A DNA stretch of 64,000 nt from an uncultured Flavobacteriaceae bacterium (lineage in GTDB: Bacteria; Bacteroidota; Bacteroidia; Flavobacteriales; Flavobacteriaceae): positions 15,199 to 79,198 of the forward strand of contig CAZZNK010000001.1 of assembly GCA_964655585.1 (NCBI GenBank), given 5' to 3'. A model generated the notes under the pieces. That model had not been told where the DNA came from and ran no database searches. It was given only the letters and a program-made list of their open reading frames with translations. Positions 61,603 to 64,000 of the stretch are shown piece by piece (positions within the stretch are counted from its first letter, which is position 1; the number at the start of each line of letters is the position of its first letter). Position numbers and translations under genes: made by a program.

Positions 61603-64000
61603 ATGATAAAAAAATGTTGTTTTTCTCTCGTTCTAACTACTTTTTTATTCTTTTTTTATAGCTGTATTTCTTCAGAAGAAAGCAAATCAATAAATAAAAA
61701 ACAAACACTTTTTACGTTATTAGATAGTAATAAAACAAATATTAAATTTAAAAATACAGCCAAAGAAAACCTTTATTTTAACTTTTTAAATTACCCGTAT
61801 ATTTATAATGGTGGTGGTGTTGCTGTTGGAGATATTAATAATGATGGCTTAGAAGATATTTATTTTACATCTAACCAAGGCAGTAATAAATTGTACCTTA
61901 ATGAGGGTGATTTTTCTTTTAAAGACATTACAAAAAAAGCCAAAGTTACTGATGAAAAAGGTTGGACTACAGGTGTAACAATGGTAGATATTAATAATGA
62001 TGGGTGGTTAGATATTTATGTATGTAAATCGGGATCATTACAAAATAATTTAGAACGAAGAAATAAATTATATATCAACCAACAAAATAATACTTTTAAA
62101 GAAAGTGCAGCGGCTTATGGTATTAATTTCTACGGATTCTCTATCCAATCATACTTTTTTGATATGGATAATGATGGAGATTTAGATCTCTATTTAGTAA
62201 ATCACAGACCAGATTTTAGAAACAATGTAACTTTAGATTTAGCAAGAGATAGAAAAATTGATGACTACGCATCAGACCAGTTGTATAGAAACGATGGTAA
62301 CAAATTTACCAACGTTACCAATACTGCAGGTATTGCTAATAAAGCATGGGGGCTGTCTGCTACCATTGGTGATTTTAACAACGATGGATGGATGGATGTT
62401 TTTGTGGCCAACGATTTCTTTCATCCAGATTATGTGTACATCAATAATGAAAATGGCACATTTACTGACAAAGCGACTACTATATTTAAGCACATTTCTA
62501 ACAACAGTATGGGGTCTGATTTTGAAGATTTGAACAACGATTTATACCCAGATTTAATTGTGTTAGACATGATGGCTGAAGACCATATTAGAGGTAAAAA
62601 AAATATGGCAGCGATGAATACCAATAGCTTTAATATGATGGTAAATGCAGGATATCATCATCAATATATGTCTAATATGTTACAGCTAAATCGTAAAAAC
62701 AGTACCTTTAGCGAAATTGCTCAATTGGCAGGAATAGCAAAGACAGATTGGTCTTGGGCACCTTTAATTGCAGATTTTGATAATGATGGATGGAAAGATA
62801 TTTTTATAACCAATGGTATTCATCATGATTTATCTAGTCAAGATTTTAGAGACCAAATGAGGCAAAATATTATGGCTCGTAAAAAGGTATCTTTAGAACA
62901 AGCCATTGCAATGATGCCATCAGAAAAATTACAAAATTATATCTATAAAAACAATAAAGATTTAACCTTTACCAAGTCTTCGGATGCGTGGGGAATTACG
63001 CAAAAAATAAACTCTAACGGAGCTGCTTATGCCGATTTAGATAATGATGGCGATTTAGATTTAATTGTAAATAATCAATCAGAAATTGCTTCTATTTATC
63101 AAAACCATGCTACTAAAAATTATGTAAGCTTTTCTTTAAAAGGAAATAAACAGAATAGCAAGGGGACTGGAGCAAAAATTACACTATATACCGCAAATAA
63201 TCAACAAGTTAAAACGGCTTTGGTGAGTAGAGGGTATCAATCTTCTGTAAGTCATAAAATTCATTTTGGTTTAGGAAATGCTACTAAAATAGATAGTGTA
63301 ATTATTAATTGGGATTCGCAAAATAGGCAACTGCTTACAGAGATAGATATCAATAAAAGACACACGCTTATTTATAAAGAATCAATAAAAGTACCCTTTG
63401 TAAAAAATAACAAAAAAGGTGATTTTACACATGTCAATCCAGCAGATTTAGGTATTAATTATAAACACAAAGAAAACACATTTAACGATTTAGATATTCA
63501 AATTCTTTTGCCACAAAAACAATCAGAAATTACCAGTGCACTAGCTGTTGCTGATGTGAATAATGATGGTTTAGATGATTTTTTTGTAGGAAATGCCAAA
63601 GGAGCCTCCGCAAGTTTATATCTTCAGAAAGCCAATGGAACGTTTGTAAAAAATAATGTACGTTTATTTCAAAAAGAAAAAGAATTTGAAGATACAGATG
63701 CGCTCTTTTTTGATGCAGATAACGATGGCGATTTAGATTTATATGTAAGTTCTGGCGGTTATGAATTAGACGAAAATAGTCCATTGCTGCAAGATAGGTT
63801 GTATCTAAATAAAGGAAAAGGAAACTTTGCAAAATCGAATAACTTACCTAAAATACTTTCCTATACAAAAGGAATTACTACGGCAGATTTTGACAATGAT
63901 GGGGATCAAGATTTATTTGTAGGAAGTAGAGTTATTTCTAAGAAATATCCACTTTCCCATCCTTCCTATTTATTAGAAAATAAACAAGGAAAATTTATAA
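61603..64000 (+). CDS. FG-GAP/VCBS repeat and ASPIC-UnbV domain lipoprotein (3' end outside window)
   Basis: Not in ORF track; read by hand from ATG 61603: MIKKCCFSLV..YSC, YNGGGVAVGDINNDGL, repeated D.(N/D)NDG..D motifs, RGYQSS..IHFGLG; still in frame at the edge. Confidence 0.9.
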   Translation, partial: MIKKCCFSLVLTTFLFFFYSCISSEESKSINKKQTLFTLLDSNKTNIKFKNTAKENLYFNFLNYPYIYNGGGVAVGDINNDGLEDIYFTSNQGSNKLYLNEGDFSFKDITKKAKVTDEKGWTTGVTMVDINNDGWLDIYVCKSGSLQNNLERRNKLYINQQNNTFKESAAAYGINFYGFSIQSYFFDMDNDGDLDLYLVNHRPDFRNNVTLDLARDRKIDDYASDQLYRNDGNKFTNVTNTAGIANKAWGLSATIGDFNNDGWMDVFVANDFFHPDYVYINNENGTFTDKATTIFKHISNNSMGSDFEDLNNDLYPDLIVLDMMAEDHIRGKKNMAAMNTNSFNMMVNAGYHHQYMSNMLQLNRKNSTFSEIAQLAGIAKTDWSWAPLIADFDNDGWKDIFITNGIHHDLSSQDFRDQMRQNIMARKKVSLEQAIAMMPSEKLQNYIYKNNKDLTFTKSSDAWGITQKINSNGAAYADLDNDGDLDLIVNNQSEIASIYQNHATKNYVSFSLKGNKQNSKGTGAKITLYTANNQQVKTALVSRGYQSSVSHKIHFGLGNATKIDSVIINWDSQNRQLLTEIDINKRHTLIYKESIKVPFVKNNKKGDFTHVNPADLGINYKHKENTFNDLDIQILLPQKQSEITSALAVADVNNDGLDDFFVGNAKGASASLYLQKANGTFVKNNVRLFQKEKEFEDTDALFFDADNDGDLDLYVSSGGYELDENSPLLQDRLYLNKGKGNFAKSNNLPKILSYTKGITTADFDNDGDQDLFVGSRVISKKYPLSHPSYLLENKQGKFI

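Noticed and set aside
234..63832. Many short ORFs in the track antisense to or nested in long genes (e.g. 234-467, 1970-2461, 25311-25919, 44188-44619, 61093-61515, 62258-62533)
   Set aside because: They are shadow frames of well-supported genes and have no recognisable motifs.
61603..64000. Recurrent GATAATGATGG/AATAATGATGG-type repeats as a CRISPR or DNA repeat array
   Set aside because: They are codons for DxNDG FG-GAP motifs with irregular spacing inside one ORF.

Overview
This is an AT-rich chromosomal window from a Flavobacteriaceae (Bacteroidota) genome, judged from SusC/SusD genes, TAnnTTTG promoters and family-typical synteny. Most of it is housekeeping: clpB, arfB, pnuC, pcrB, ahcY, ispB, rlmN, queA, aroA, aat, greA, purK/purE, an M3 peptidase and lpdA. 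A TPP-riboswitch-controlled TonB-dependent receptor is cut by the left edge. Three accessory blocks stand out. (1) At 13.9-17.9 kb, an intact IS256 sits inside a 37-bp mini-element made of its own ends, itself inside a REP-like hairpin. Next to it are a lipoprotein with a JAB/JAMM-like C-terminal domain, a small exported partner and a divergent XRE regulator with a perfect palindromic site, together a candidate toxin/immunity-like module. (2) At 34.4-42.1 kb, a lysophospholipase, oleate hydratase, TolC, HlyD and two ABC-2 permeases form a cluster with no ATPase. (3) At 45.5-64 kb, a GlcNAc/chito-oligosaccharide utilisation locus has a NahK-like kinase plus nucleotidyltransferase pair, and a LytTR-type operator is visible at two promoters. 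No rRNA, tRNA or CRISPR array was seen. All protein calls come from motif recognition by eye, not database searches.
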